A program made the position numbers and the translations under genes. Of a DNA stretch of 64,000 nucleotides, positions 1 through 8,414 are shown one piece after another. The DNA lies in IMG/VR virus record IMGVR_UViG_3300022407_006288, positions 1 through 64,000 of that record; one strand, written 5' to 3'. The notes under the pieces are model-generated. The model was not told the origin of the DNA and ran no database searches. It saw only the letters and a program-made list of their open reading frames with translations. Position 1 is the first letter of the stretch; each line of letters starts with the position of its first letter. Source of the stretch: a virus.

Positions 1-657
1 TATGCTATGGATTTCCTAGTACCTGCCAATAAACAAGTAGCCGGTGATAGTGACACCTGTATTAATGCAAAAGGTAGACACGTGATCATTATTGGTGGCG
101 GGGATACAGGTTCGGACTGTGTGGGAACTGCTAACAGACAAGGTGCTACACATATCACACAGCTAACACGTTCGTCACAGCCGCCGGAACAAGATGATGT
201 ATTGGTATGGCCGGGTTGGCCCAACAAAATGCGTACCAGTTCATCTCATGAGGAGGGATGTGACCGGCTTTGGTCGGTACTTCCCAAACGCATAGACGGC
301 AAAGATGGTCAAGTAACTGCGCTGACAGCAGTGAGATTAGAATGGGTTAATGGCAAAATGCAGGAAATTCCGGGTAGCAAGTTTGAGATCAAAGCAGATT
401 TGATACTGTTAGCCGCAGGCTTTGTAAGTCCCATGCAACAGCTTGTAGATGCATTTGGCGTCGAACAAGATGCTGACAAAAATGTTAAAGCCAGTACTGA
501 CGGCGGCATCGCTTATCGTACCAATATTGATAAGGTGTTTGTAGCAGGTGACATGCGCCGTGGACAGAGCCTCGTGGTTTGGGCTATACGTGAAGGCAGA
601 CAGGCAGCACGGGCAGTTGATGCTTATCTTATGGGGAAAAGTGTACTGCCGTTATGA
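1..657 (+). CDS. gltD: Glutamate synthase small subunit, C-terminal part (gene begins upstream of window)
   Basis: NADPH-binding GGGDTGSDC and C-terminal AGDMRRGQSLVVWAIREGR motifs; frame is open from base 1, so the Met at 7 is internal. Confidence 0.92.
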   Translation, partial: YAMDFLVPANKQVAGDSDTCINAKGRHVIIIGGGDTGSDCVGTANRQGATHITQLTRSSQPPEQDDVLVWPGWPNKMRTSSSHEEGCDRLWSVLPKRIDGKDGQVTALTAVRLEWVNGKMQEIPGSKFEIKADLILLAAGFVSPMQQLVDAFGVEQDADKNVKASTDGGIAYRTNIDKVFVAGDMRRGQSLVVWAIREGRQAARAVDAYLMGKSVLPL

Positions 658-673
658 TTAAGATAAGTAAGGG

Positions 674-880
674 ATGAACATAATTAAATGGATATGTTTT
701 GGTATTATGCTGTCAGGGGCTTTGGTAACAAGTCTACAGCCGGATACCATCATAGGCGTTGAACTGCTGTTTGTGGGCAACGTGGCTTGGCTGATTACCG
801 CTATCTATAGTAAGTATTGGCCCAGTGCCGCAAACTTTTCTATGCTGGCATCAATATGGTTGCTGGGTGTGATAAAATAG
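674..880 (+). CDS. Small membrane protein, ~3 hydrophobic segments, unknown function
   Basis: 68 aa, strongly hydrophobic, AAGTAAGGG RBS-like sequence upstream, sits between gltD and iscS. Confidence 0.65.
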   Translation: MNIIKWICFGIMLSGALVTSLQPDTIIGVELLFVGNVAWLITAIYSKYWPSAANFSMLASIWLLGVIK

Positions 881-888
881 TATATAAT
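860..888 (+). promoter_or_regulatory. Sigma70-type promoter for iscS-glyA-sdhA
   Basis: TTGCTG-17 bp-TATAAT, followed by GAGGAG RBS and ATG at 904. Confidence 0.7.
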
Positions 889-903
889 GTAGAGGAGAAC
901 ATA

Positions 904-2124
904 ATGATAGATTACGCAGAATTTCCAGTTTACTTAGATTATAGCTCAACTACACCCATGGATCCACTGGTGGTGGATGCCATGATTCCCTACATGCGTG
1001 AGCAGTTTGGAAATCCTGCATCGCGTAGTCATGCCTATGGATGGAGTGCTGAAGCTGCCGTGGAGCAGGCTAGACAACATGTGGCCAATTTGGTGTCAGC
1101 AGATCCTAGAGAAATTGTTTGGACAAGTGGTGCTACCGAAAGCATAAATCTTGCTATCAAGGGCGCAGCCAAATTCAGAAAAGGACAAGGTCAACATATC
1201 ATTACAGTAAAAACTGAACACAAGGCCACCCTGGATACTTGTCGGGAACTAGAGCGTGATGGATGGCAAGTGACCTATCTTGATGTACAACCCAATGGCT
1301 TGATTGACATGGCACGGTTAGAGTCGGCTATACGGCCCGATACAGTGTTGATCAGCGTGATCTATGTCAACAACGAAATTGGTGTGATACAGGATATTGA
1401 AAAAATTGGTGAACTGGCCAGATCACGAAATATTGTATTTCATGTGGATGCAGCACAGGCCACCGGCAAGGTAGAAATTGATCTACAACGACTCAAGGTT
1501 GATCTCATGAGTTTTTCAGCACATAAAACCTACGGCCCTAAAGGCATTGGCGCTTTGTATGTATGCCGCAAACCGCGAGTGAGAATTGAAGCACAGATGC
1601 ACGGCGGTGGGCATGAACGCGGCATGCGTTCAGGTACATTGGCCACACATCAAATTGTAGGTATGGGCGAGGCATTTAGGTTGGCCAAGCTGAATTTGCA
1701 GGAAGAGACTGCCCGTATCAGAATATTGCGTGACCGATTGTTAGCAGGCCTAGAAACAATAGAGCAAGTCTTTATCAACGGAGATATGAGTCAACGTGTG
1801 CCACATAACCTTAGTATCAGTTTTAACTATGTTGAGGGCGAAAGCATGATCATGGCCCTAAAACAGCTAGCGGTAAGTTCAGGGTCTGCGTGTACATCGG
1901 CTAGCCTTGAGCCAAGTTATGTGTTGCGAGCACTAGGTCGGAATGACGAATTGGCACACAGCAGTATACGATTTACTCTAGGGCGATATACTACCGAACA
2001 AGAAATAGACTTTGCTATTGAGTTAATTCAACGCAAGATTGCTGGGCTAAGAGAACTTAGTCCGCTTTGGGAAATGTACAAAGATGGTATCGATCTAGAC
2101 ACCATACAGTGGTCCAGCCATTAA
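904..2124 (+). CDS. iscS: Cysteine desulfurase IscS
   Basis: [12 protein letters not shown]-lysine [10 protein letters not shown], catalytic SSGSACTS, IscS-type C-terminus [10 protein letters not shown]; start moved from 817 to 904 on the GAGGAG RBS. Confidence 0.96.
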   Translation: MIDYAEFPVYLDYSSTTPMDPLVVDAMIPYMREQFGNPASRSHAYGWSAEAAVEQARQHVANLVSADPREIVWTSGATESINLAIKGAAKFRKGQGQHIITVKTEHKATLDTCRELERDGWQVTYLDVQPNGLIDMARLESAIRPDTVLISVIYVNNEIGVIQDIEKIGELARSRNIVFHVDAAQATGKVEIDLQRLKVDLMSFSAHKTYGPKGIGALYVCRKPRVRIEAQMHGGGHERGMRSGTLATHQIVGMGEAFRLAKLNLQEETARIRILRDRLLAGLETIEQVFINGDMSQRVPHNLSISFNYVEGESMIMALKQLAVSSGSACTSASLEPSYVLRALGRNDELAHSSIRFTLGRYTTEQEIDFAIELIQRKIAGLRELSPLWEMYKDGIDLDTIQWSSH

Positions 2125-2143
2125 CATACCAGAAAGAATAGCC

Positions 2144-3292
2144 ATGATAGATCCCAGAATTCATACAGTCCTACTCGATGAGGGCAATAGACAGGTAAAT
2201 ACCATTGAATTAATTGCCAGTGAAAATTATACCAGTCAAGCGGTAATGGACTTGTGCGGTAGTATCTTTACCAACAAGTATGCTGAAGGACTTCCGGGTA
2301 AACGTTACTATAACGGATGTGTCAATGTAGACGAAATTGAAAATATTGCTATAGAATATGCTACCAAGTTATTTGGATGTGAGTATGCCAATGTTCAACC
2401 GCATTCAGGTGCCAATGCTAATTTGGCAGTGTTTAAAGCATTCTTAAAACCCGGTGATGTTATTGTGGGTATGGACCTGGCTAGTGGCGGGCATTTAAGT
2501 CACGGTGCTAAAGTTAATGCCAGCGGTGCTTGGTTTGAATCGTACACCTACGGGGTTAATGATCAGGGATTGATTGATTACGAAGCGGTAGCACAGCTAG
2601 TTTTAGACACAAAACCGGCAATGGTAATTGCTGGTGCTAGTTCATATAGTCAAGTGATTGATTGGAAGAGGTTCCGCAAGATTGCTGATTCAGTCAATGC
2701 ATTGCTGCTTGCAGATATAGCCCATTACTCGGGACTAGTTGCGGGAGGCGAATATCCAAGTCCGTTCCCTTATGCTGACATAGTGACTACCACCACACAC
2801 AAGGGACTGAGAGGTCCACGAGGCGGAATCATCATGTGGAACAATCCGGAATACTGCAAGAAAATAAACTCGGCAGTATTTCCTGGAACACAAGGCGGTC
2901 CACTCATGCATATTATTGCGGCTAAAGCACAATGTTTTTATGAAGCGTTGCAGCCCGACTTTAAGTTGTATGCCAAGCGCATCCGTATCAATGCACATGC
3001 CATGGCACAGACATTTTTAGATGCCGGTATTGATGTTGTCAGCGGCGGGACACAATGCCACATGTTTACTTTAGACCTGCGTAAAGAGCAATTGAGTGGT
3101 AGACAGTATGCTGACCTGCTCGAAACACATGGCATCACAGTAAACAAAAATGGTGTACCTGGCGAAACTAGAAGTTTTGTAGAAACGAGTGGTGTACGTA
3201 TTGGTGTTGCAGCCGAAACTACCCGAGGACATGATGAAGCATGGTTCAAAGAATTGGCTAATAGAATGATTGCAATTTTAAGAGATAATTGA
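2144..3292 (+). CDS. glyA: Serine hydroxymethyltransferase (382 aa, short C-terminus)
   Basis: LIASENY, YAEGLPGKRYYNG, NVQPHSG and PLP-lysine TTTTHKGLRGPRGG motifs. Confidence 0.95.
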   Translation: MIDPRIHTVLLDEGNRQVNTIELIASENYTSQAVMDLCGSIFTNKYAEGLPGKRYYNGCVNVDEIENIAIEYATKLFGCEYANVQPHSGANANLAVFKAFLKPGDVIVGMDLASGGHLSHGAKVNASGAWFESYTYGVNDQGLIDYEAVAQLVLDTKPAMVIAGASSYSQVIDWKRFRKIADSVNALLLADIAHYSGLVAGGEYPSPFPYADIVTTTTHKGLRGPRGGIIMWNNPEYCKKINSAVFPGTQGGPLMHIIAAKAQCFYEALQPDFKLYAKRIRINAHAMAQTFLDAGIDVVSGGTQCHMFTLDLRKEQLSGRQYADLLETHGITVNKNGVPGETRSFVETSGVRIGVAAETTRGHDEAWFKELANRMIAILRDN

Positions 3293-3302
3293 GAATTATA
3301 GA

Positions 3303-5090
3303 ATGAACAAAATACAAAGTAAAAAATTTGATGTTGTGATTGTGGGCGCGGGAGGAGCAGGTATGAGGGCCAGTCTGCAATTGGCACGTGTTGGACTGAG
3401 GGTGGCGGTGATTTCCAAAGTGTTTCCAACACGTAGCCATACAGTAGCAGCACAGGGTGGTATTGGCGCGGCACTGGGCAACATGAAAGAAGACAACTGG
3501 CACTATCACTTTTATGATACTGTAAAAGGATCTGACTGGTTAGGCGACCAGGACGCTATTGAATTCATGTGTCGTGAAGCACCCAAGGCAGTATATGACT
3601 TAGATCACATGGGCATGCCTTTTGATAGAAATGAAGACGGCACTATCTATCAGCGTCCTTTTGGTGGGCACACTGCCAACTACGGCAAAGAACCTGTAGA
3701 AAGAGCCTGCGCTGCCGCTGACCGTACTGGTCATGCCATGCTGCATACTTTATATCAAGCCAATCGTGCTGCCGGTACTACATTTTTTGTAGAATGGCTG
3801 GCATTGGATCTAATACGAGATGGTGAAGGTGATGTGTTGGGTGTGACAGCAATGGATATTGAAACAGGTGCTACACAAATTTTTGAAGCCAAGTCCACAT
3901 TGTTGGCTACAGGTGGTGCTGGCCGTATTTATGCTGCATCAACTAATGCTTTTATCAATACCGGCGACGGATTGGGAATGGCTGCTAGGGCCGGTATTCC
4001 TCTCGAAGACATGGAGTTTTGGCAATTCCATCCTACCGGAGTTGCCGGTGCTGGGGTGCTGTTAACGGAAGGTTGCAGAGGAGAAGGTGCTATCTTGGTC
4101 AACGCTCTGGGAGAACGATTCATGGAACGCTATGCACCCGTGTTAAAAGATCTAGCACCTAGAGACTTTATTAGCCGTTGCATGGATCAAGAAATTAAAG
4201 AAGGTCGTGGTTGTGGTCCTAACAAAGATTATATCTTGTTAAAACTGGATCATCTGGGCACTGACACTATTATGAAAAGACTGCCTTCGGTTTATGAAAT
4301 TGGCAAAGACTTTGCCAACGTGGATGTTACAAAAGAATCCATTCCGGTAGTACCCACCATACATTATCAAATGGGCGGTATTCCTACTAACATCAATGGT
4401 CAAGTGGTTATACCTAAAGACGGCAATCCTAATCACGTGGTTAATGGTCTGTATGCAATTGGTGAATGTTCTTGTGTATCAGTACACGGGGCAAATCGTT
4501 TAGGTACCAACTCACTGCTGGACTTGTTAGTGTTTGGCAAAGCAGCAGGCGATCATGTTGTAAATTCCAATCTAAAGAACAAACAGCACAAGCAATTGCC
4601 AGCAGATGCCGGTCAACAATCATTGGATCGTATTAATTGCCTGAACACCAATTCCACAGGCGAGTATGCTCAAACTGTGGCTAATGATATTCGTGATACC
4701 ATGCAAAAACATGCCGCAGTGTTTCGCACACAAGCCAGCATGGACGAAGGTGTAAACAAGATTGCTGAATTAAGACTACGAGTAGCCAATATCGGGCTCA
4801 AAGATAAAAGTATGGAATTTAACTCGGCAAGAGTAGAAGCACTAGAGGTAGCAAACTTGATTGAAGCAGCCGAAGCCACCATGGTCTCCGCGGCTGCTCG
4901 TCGTGAATGTCGAGGTGCTCACACTGTGGCAGACTATGAGAATGTGGAAGGTTGTGCCAATGGTCGAAACGATAAAGAGTGGCACAAGCATACATTGTGG
5001 TACAGAGAAGGTAATAGATTAGACTACAAACCAGTGCAGATGACACCACTAACCGTAGAATCTGTGCCACTTAAAGTACGTACATTTTAA
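3303..5090 (+). CDS. sdhA: Succinate dehydrogenase flavoprotein subunit
   Basis: GAGGAG FAD loop, RSHTVAAQGG covalent-FAD His, QFHPTG, TEGCRGEG, APRD, HYQMGG and HGANRLGTNSL all intact. Confidence 0.96.
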   Translation: MNKIQSKKFDVVIVGAGGAGMRASLQLARVGLRVAVISKVFPTRSHTVAAQGGIGAALGNMKEDNWHYHFYDTVKGSDWLGDQDAIEFMCREAPKAVYDLDHMGMPFDRNEDGTIYQRPFGGHTANYGKEPVERACAAADRTGHAMLHTLYQANRAAGTTFFVEWLALDLIRDGEGDVLGVTAMDIETGATQIFEAKSTLLATGGAGRIYAASTNAFINTGDGLGMAARAGIPLEDMEFWQFHPTGVAGAGVLLTEGCRGEGAILVNALGERFMERYAPVLKDLAPRDFISRCMDQEIKEGRGCGPNKDYILLKLDHLGTDTIMKRLPSVYEIGKDFANVDVTKESIPVVPTIHYQMGGIPTNINGQVVIPKDGNPNHVVNGLYAIGECSCVSVHGANRLGTNSLLDLLVFGKAAGDHVVNSNLKNKQHKQLPADAGQQSLDRINCLNTNSTGEYAQTVANDIRDTMQKHAAVFRTQASMDEGVNKIAELRLRVANIGLKDKSMEFNSARVEALEVANLIEAAEATMVSAAARRECRGAHTVADYENVEGCANGRNDKEWHKHTLWYREGNRLDYKPVQMTPLTVESVPLKVRTF

Positions 5091-5095
5091 TTGTT

Positions 5096-5341
5096 ATGGA
5101 AAGTAAAAAATTTGCGTGGTTGCCGACTAAAGTGACTAGTGGAAAACGTATATGGATGTCCTATTACATACTGCATCGGAACTATGTAGACCCTGCGACC
5201 GGCATGACTCCCTTGTTTAAATTATATTTTGAATGGACTGAAACCCCTCAGGAAAAAACCTGGAGACTGCTAAACGGTAATATGATACAAAATAGAAATG
5301 TTTGGAACAGTCCGATATTAACAAAACAGGATAAAATATGA
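5096..5341 (+). CDS. Hypothetical phage protein
   Basis: 81-aa ORF packed 5 bp after sdhA, FAWLP...W pattern common in small phage ORFs. Confidence 0.6.
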   Translation: MESKKFAWLPTKVTSGKRIWMSYYILHRNYVDPATGMTPLFKLYFEWTETPQEKTWRLLNGNMIQNRNVWNSPILTKQDKI

Positions 5342-5367
5342 GCATCCACGATATATCTGCTATTATA

Positions 5368-5396
5368 TTGACTCATGCTCTATTTGAGTGTATAAT
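5368..5396 (+). promoter_or_regulatory. Sigma70-type promoter with inverted repeat in spacer
   Basis: TTGACT-17 bp-TATAAT with TG extension; ACTCA-N9-TGAGT at 5371-5389. Confidence 0.8.
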
Positions 5397-5402
5397 TAAC
5401 AC

Positions 5403-5927
5403 ATGAATCAAAATGTAATGATAGATATTGAAAGCGACGGGCCTTGTCCTGGTATGCATAGCATGATCTGCTTTGGCGCAGTGATTGTGGAAGCAGGATT
5501 ACAACGCACCTTTTACGCAACATTAAAACCCATTTCAGAAACTTATGTGCCCGAAGCACTTGCCATCAGCGGATTTAGTCGTGAAGACTGCATGAAGTTT
5601 CCAGATCCGCGTGATGCCATGCAAAACTTTGATCTTTGGTTGGCAAAAAATATTCCCGGAAAGAGGCCAATTTTTTGGTCCGATAACAACTCATATGATG
5701 CAGGATTTATGAATTATTATTTTCATATGTATCTGGGTCGTAATCCGTTTGGATGGAGTTCTTCCAATCTAGGATCATTTTATAAAGGTGTTAAACAGGA
5801 TATCTATGCAAAGTTTACTCATTTGCGTGATACCGAGCATACACACCATCCGGTAGATGATGCCAGGGGTAATGCCGAAGCATTGTTAAAAATATTTCAA
5901 ATGATTAAGTCTAGATCCGTATATTAA
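5403..5927 (+). CDS. DEDDh 3'-5' exonuclease (Rv2179c-like exoribonuclease family)
   Basis: ExoI MIDIESDG, ExoII NNSYD and ExoIII HHPVDDA motifs. Confidence 0.82.
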   Translation: MNQNVMIDIESDGPCPGMHSMICFGAVIVEAGLQRTFYATLKPISETYVPEALAISGFSREDCMKFPDPRDAMQNFDLWLAKNIPGKRPIFWSDNNSYDAGFMNYYFHMYLGRNPFGWSSSNLGSFYKGVKQDIYAKFTHLRDTEHTHHPVDDARGNAEALLKIFQMIKSRSVY

Positions 5928-5939
5928 GAGAGCATATGT

Positions 5940-6179
5940 ATGAGTAATAAAAACTATGTAATTGAGTTGGCTAAAAAATCTGGTATTGACAATGATATAT
6001 TTGCGGTATCTAATCGTGCTGTAATTGAATTTTTTAACGCCGTTGTAGAGGAGTGCGCAAAGGTTGCAGAAAGGCAGGCACGAAGTTATACTGGTGAAAG
6101 TAACGAACACGTGGGCTGTCGTGATTCTGCAACAGCAATTCGTACATTTGGTAAACTAATTGACAACTATGAAATCTAA
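5940..6179 (+). CDS. Hypothetical phage protein
   Basis: 79-aa ORF with AAGAGAG RBS, within tightly packed run. Confidence 0.6.
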   Translation: MSNKNYVIELAKKSGIDNDIFAVSNRAVIEFFNAVVEECAKVAERQARSYTGESNEHVGCRDSATAIRTFGKLIDNYEI

Positions 6180-6315
6180 ACAATATTTTCAAAAAAATCA
6201 TTCACATAAAACAAATGAAGAATTACATCAAGAAGTTAAAACTCTTGAAGATGAGAATGAAACGCTTAAAGCATTAATTAGAGATATTCTCAAAATGTTG
6301 GGGGAGAAAATTTAA
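6169..6315 (+). CDS. Small coiled-coil protein (48 aa, not in ORF track)
   Basis: MKSKQYFQKNHSHKTNEELHQEVKTLEDENETLKALIRDILKMLGEKI; fills the gap exactly and its TAA overlaps the next ATG (TAATG). Confidence 0.6.
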   Translation: MKSKQYFQKNHSHKTNEELHQEVKTLEDENETLKALIRDILKMLGEKI

Positions 6316-6734
6316 TGACAATGCATTTGGTGGGGCCATATTTGTCAACTACTTCCACAAAGAAAAGGGTTGAAAAGATCACAAAGGCCAAGCAACAGGA
6401 ACTGGAGCAAGGGTGGCGCGAGCGTAATCAGCGCCTAAAAGAAATGCGTCTTCCCAAGGAGTCTTTTGATCAGTATCTAGAATGGGTATACGGTCGTGGT
6501 AAAAAGACCAAAATCCAACACAAGTATGAAGTTACAAGTTCAGCTATGCCCGATAAAAGTGTCGAACCTGTTTCTAGACCAAATACCTGGACTACCGGAG
6601 CATGTGCTCTTAAGGCTTCTCCAAAATACACAGGCACACAAATTCTAGGAATTGCCACAATGCATAAAAGTAATATGGTGCCTGTTTTTAGTAATCAGGA
6701 AGCCAAGGACATTTCTACAATGAGGCGTGGATGA
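6315..6734 (+). CDS. Conserved hypothetical protein of T4-like phages
   Basis: C-terminal YTG...GIATMHKSNMVPV...ISTMRR motif that I recognise from large myoviruses. Confidence 0.7.
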   Translation: MTMHLVGPYLSTTSTKKRVEKITKAKQQELEQGWRERNQRLKEMRLPKESFDQYLEWVYGRGKKTKIQHKYEVTSSAMPDKSVEPVSRPNTWTTGACALKASPKYTGTQILGIATMHKSNMVPVFSNQEAKDISTMRRG

Positions 6735-6958
6735 GCAAAGATTTTAAAATGTTAAGAGATAGTGATTTTGATCCTTCTATTGCACCAAATGCATGGCACA
6801 ATTTTGAAGCACTAGATCGATGCCATATGATCATAATTCACATTACCGAAGCATTATGCAATCACCCGGCACTCACAGACGAAGAAGCAGAACTTGCGGA
6901 ATCTGCAGTAGACAATCTTATGGAAATATATCAGCGTCTAGGTCAAAGAACACTATAA
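6731..6958 (+). CDS. Hypothetical phage protein
   Basis: 75 aa, ATGA overlap with the upstream gene. Confidence 0.6.
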   Translation: MSKDFKMLRDSDFDPSIAPNAWHNFEALDRCHMIIIHITEALCNHPALTDEEAELAESAVDNLMEIYQRLGQRTL

Positions 6959-6961
6959 CAG

Positions 6962-7852
6962 TTATGTTCTGTCTGATTGAAGTTTATGACCTAAATTGGT
7001 ATCTAGATCTAGTGCACCGTTTTTAACATATAGTGCTCTGTTACTTAATAATTCGACCCATGTTTGATCTGCTGGATCATTTAATTTCCAGAAATCAAAT
7101 ACCATATGACTTTGAACTGGACGTACATACATGGTATGATCGGATGGTATCATCATGATTTGCGCAGTAGTTCGCATTTTCTTTGTTTGATCTGTTGTTC
7201 TAAATGCGTTTAGTTGCGGGTTATCAACATATGTTTTACACAAGTCATCAATAAGATCTTGTGGTGTTCTAGCATGTTTGACCACACGCTCTGCTATTAG
7301 CAACCTAGACTCCGAACTAATTCTGCTGGCACTTTCAGCATCATCATCTCTGGTATACTGATATCCGGCGCCTTTTAGCCAAACACCGTGATTGGTTCGA
7401 GCCACAGTGTGATCTTGCGGTATTAATCCTATTTTGTATTCAAAGTCTTTTTTGGCATAATCAGTCCATGCGCCTTCAATTAGGATCATGGTGTCACGAT
7501 CAAAAACTAAGGTACACCCAGTAAGTTTATTATCAATTAAACTTTTGACAGCAGACTTAAGGCTGGTTTCGGCAAGAGCTTTTCTTATTTTTATGCCGTC
7601 TTTGCTTGGTCTTTTGGCTCTGACGGTAATTTCTTTTTCGTCATCTAGCACCATTAAGCTGGCACTGAGTATGCATATACCGGCAGAGTTTAATCCCTCC
7701 GAATATTGTGTAATATCGTCCCAGAAATATAAAACTTCAGTGTTGTTTTCTATTTTTTTACGGAAACTAATTTCGGGCACATAATTGCGGTCCCGATTTT
7801 TAACAGCCACCCAGCCTATGTCTTTGAAGTATTTGCCAACAACTACACACAT
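6962..7852 (-). CDS. Ntn-hydrolase, NRDE/TANGO2-like
   Basis: Met-Cys start (N-terminal nucleophile), hydrophobic strand then KNRD motif, RTNHG; AAGGA RBS and late promoter upstream. Confidence 0.6.
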   Translation of the reverse strand: MCVVVGKYFKDIGWVAVKNRDRNYVPEISFRKKIENNTEVLYFWDDITQYSEGLNSAGICILSASLMVLDDEKEITVRAKRPSKDGIKIRKALAETSLKSAVKSLIDNKLTGCTLVFDRDTMILIEGAWTDYAKKDFEYKIGLIPQDHTVARTNHGVWLKGAGYQYTRDDDAESASRISSESRLLIAERVVKHARTPQDLIDDLCKTYVDNPQLNAFRTTDQTKKMRTTAQIMMIPSDHTMYVRPVQSHMVFDFWKLNDPADQTWVELLSNRALYVKNGALDLDTNLGHKLQSDRT

Positions 7853-7876
7853 AATTAGTCTCCTTAATTACCTGTG

Positions 7877-7884
7877 TATTTATC
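7877..7884 (-). promoter_or_regulatory. Late promoter GATAAATA
   Basis: TATTTATC on + strand, 25 bp upstream of the 7852 start. Confidence 0.7.
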
Positions 7885-7893
7885 AAAAGTCAG

Positions 7894-8355
7894 TTAGGTA
7901 ACTTGTCTCCAGTTGTTATTTGCAAAAATTGAAACAACAGAACCTACAGTTTTTATATCACCATTTTTTGGAGTACCCGATGGATTAACTACAGGTGTGG
8001 TACCAGTTTCATCACTGGCAACAGTGACCACTTTTTGCCAATTTGGAATTCGACCACCGGAGCTGCTTGATGATGTTCTTACAAGTAAATTGCCAGTAGT
8101 AGCACCTGTTACTTCAAAATACAGTTGACCTTGCAATGCAATAGCATCGCTGGGTATTACAGTGCCTGCAAAATTAGATACCATTTGTATGGTATTTTGA
8201 GCAATAGCTGTTCCGTAATTGACACAGTTTCTTCCGGGTAGCTGCAATCCAATTTTATTATTTGCATCGTAGTAAGTGGTATCAAGAACATTATCGGGAA
8301 CAGATATTGGATTTGTTCCATTTGAACCAGTTGGTTTATATACAGAGTATGCCAT
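7894..8355 (-). CDS. Short virion/baseplate-fibre attachment protein
   Basis: Shares N-terminal domain (LQLPG.N...YG..IAQN..QM..NFAG...P......QGQL.F) with the 8415 and 10469 ORFs. Confidence 0.6.
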   Translation of the reverse strand: MAYSVYKPTGSNGTNPISVPDNVLDTTYYDANNKIGLQLPGRNCVNYGTAIAQNTIQMVSNFAGTVIPSDAIALQGQLYFEVTGATTGNLLVRTSSSSSGGRIPNWQKVVTVASDETGTTPVVNPSGTPKNGDIKTVGSVVSIFANNNWRQVT

Positions 8356-8388
8356 TGTTAAATTCCTTAATTATGTAATGCTTTATTG

Positions 8389-8396
8389 TATTTATC
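8389..8396 (-). promoter_or_regulatory. Late promoter GATAAATA
   Basis: TATTTATC on + strand upstream of the 8355 start. Confidence 0.65.
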
Positions 8397-8414
8397 TCTT
8401 GATAAAAACTATGG

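Noticed and set aside
817-903. Longer IscS start given in the ORF track
   Set aside because: It overlaps the upstream membrane gene and the promoter; the GAGGAG RBS and family N-terminus support 904.
2735-5070. Minus-strand ORFs over glyA and sdhA (e.g. 2938-3474)
   Set aside because: Antisense shadows of well-supported genes, with no motifs or RBS.
1-5090. Host chromosome flank or prophage junction
   Set aside because: The four genes come from four unrelated bacterial operons, lack their partners and are interleaved with phage-type small ORFs. No integrase or att-like repeat is visible. A misassembly cannot be fully excluded without reads.
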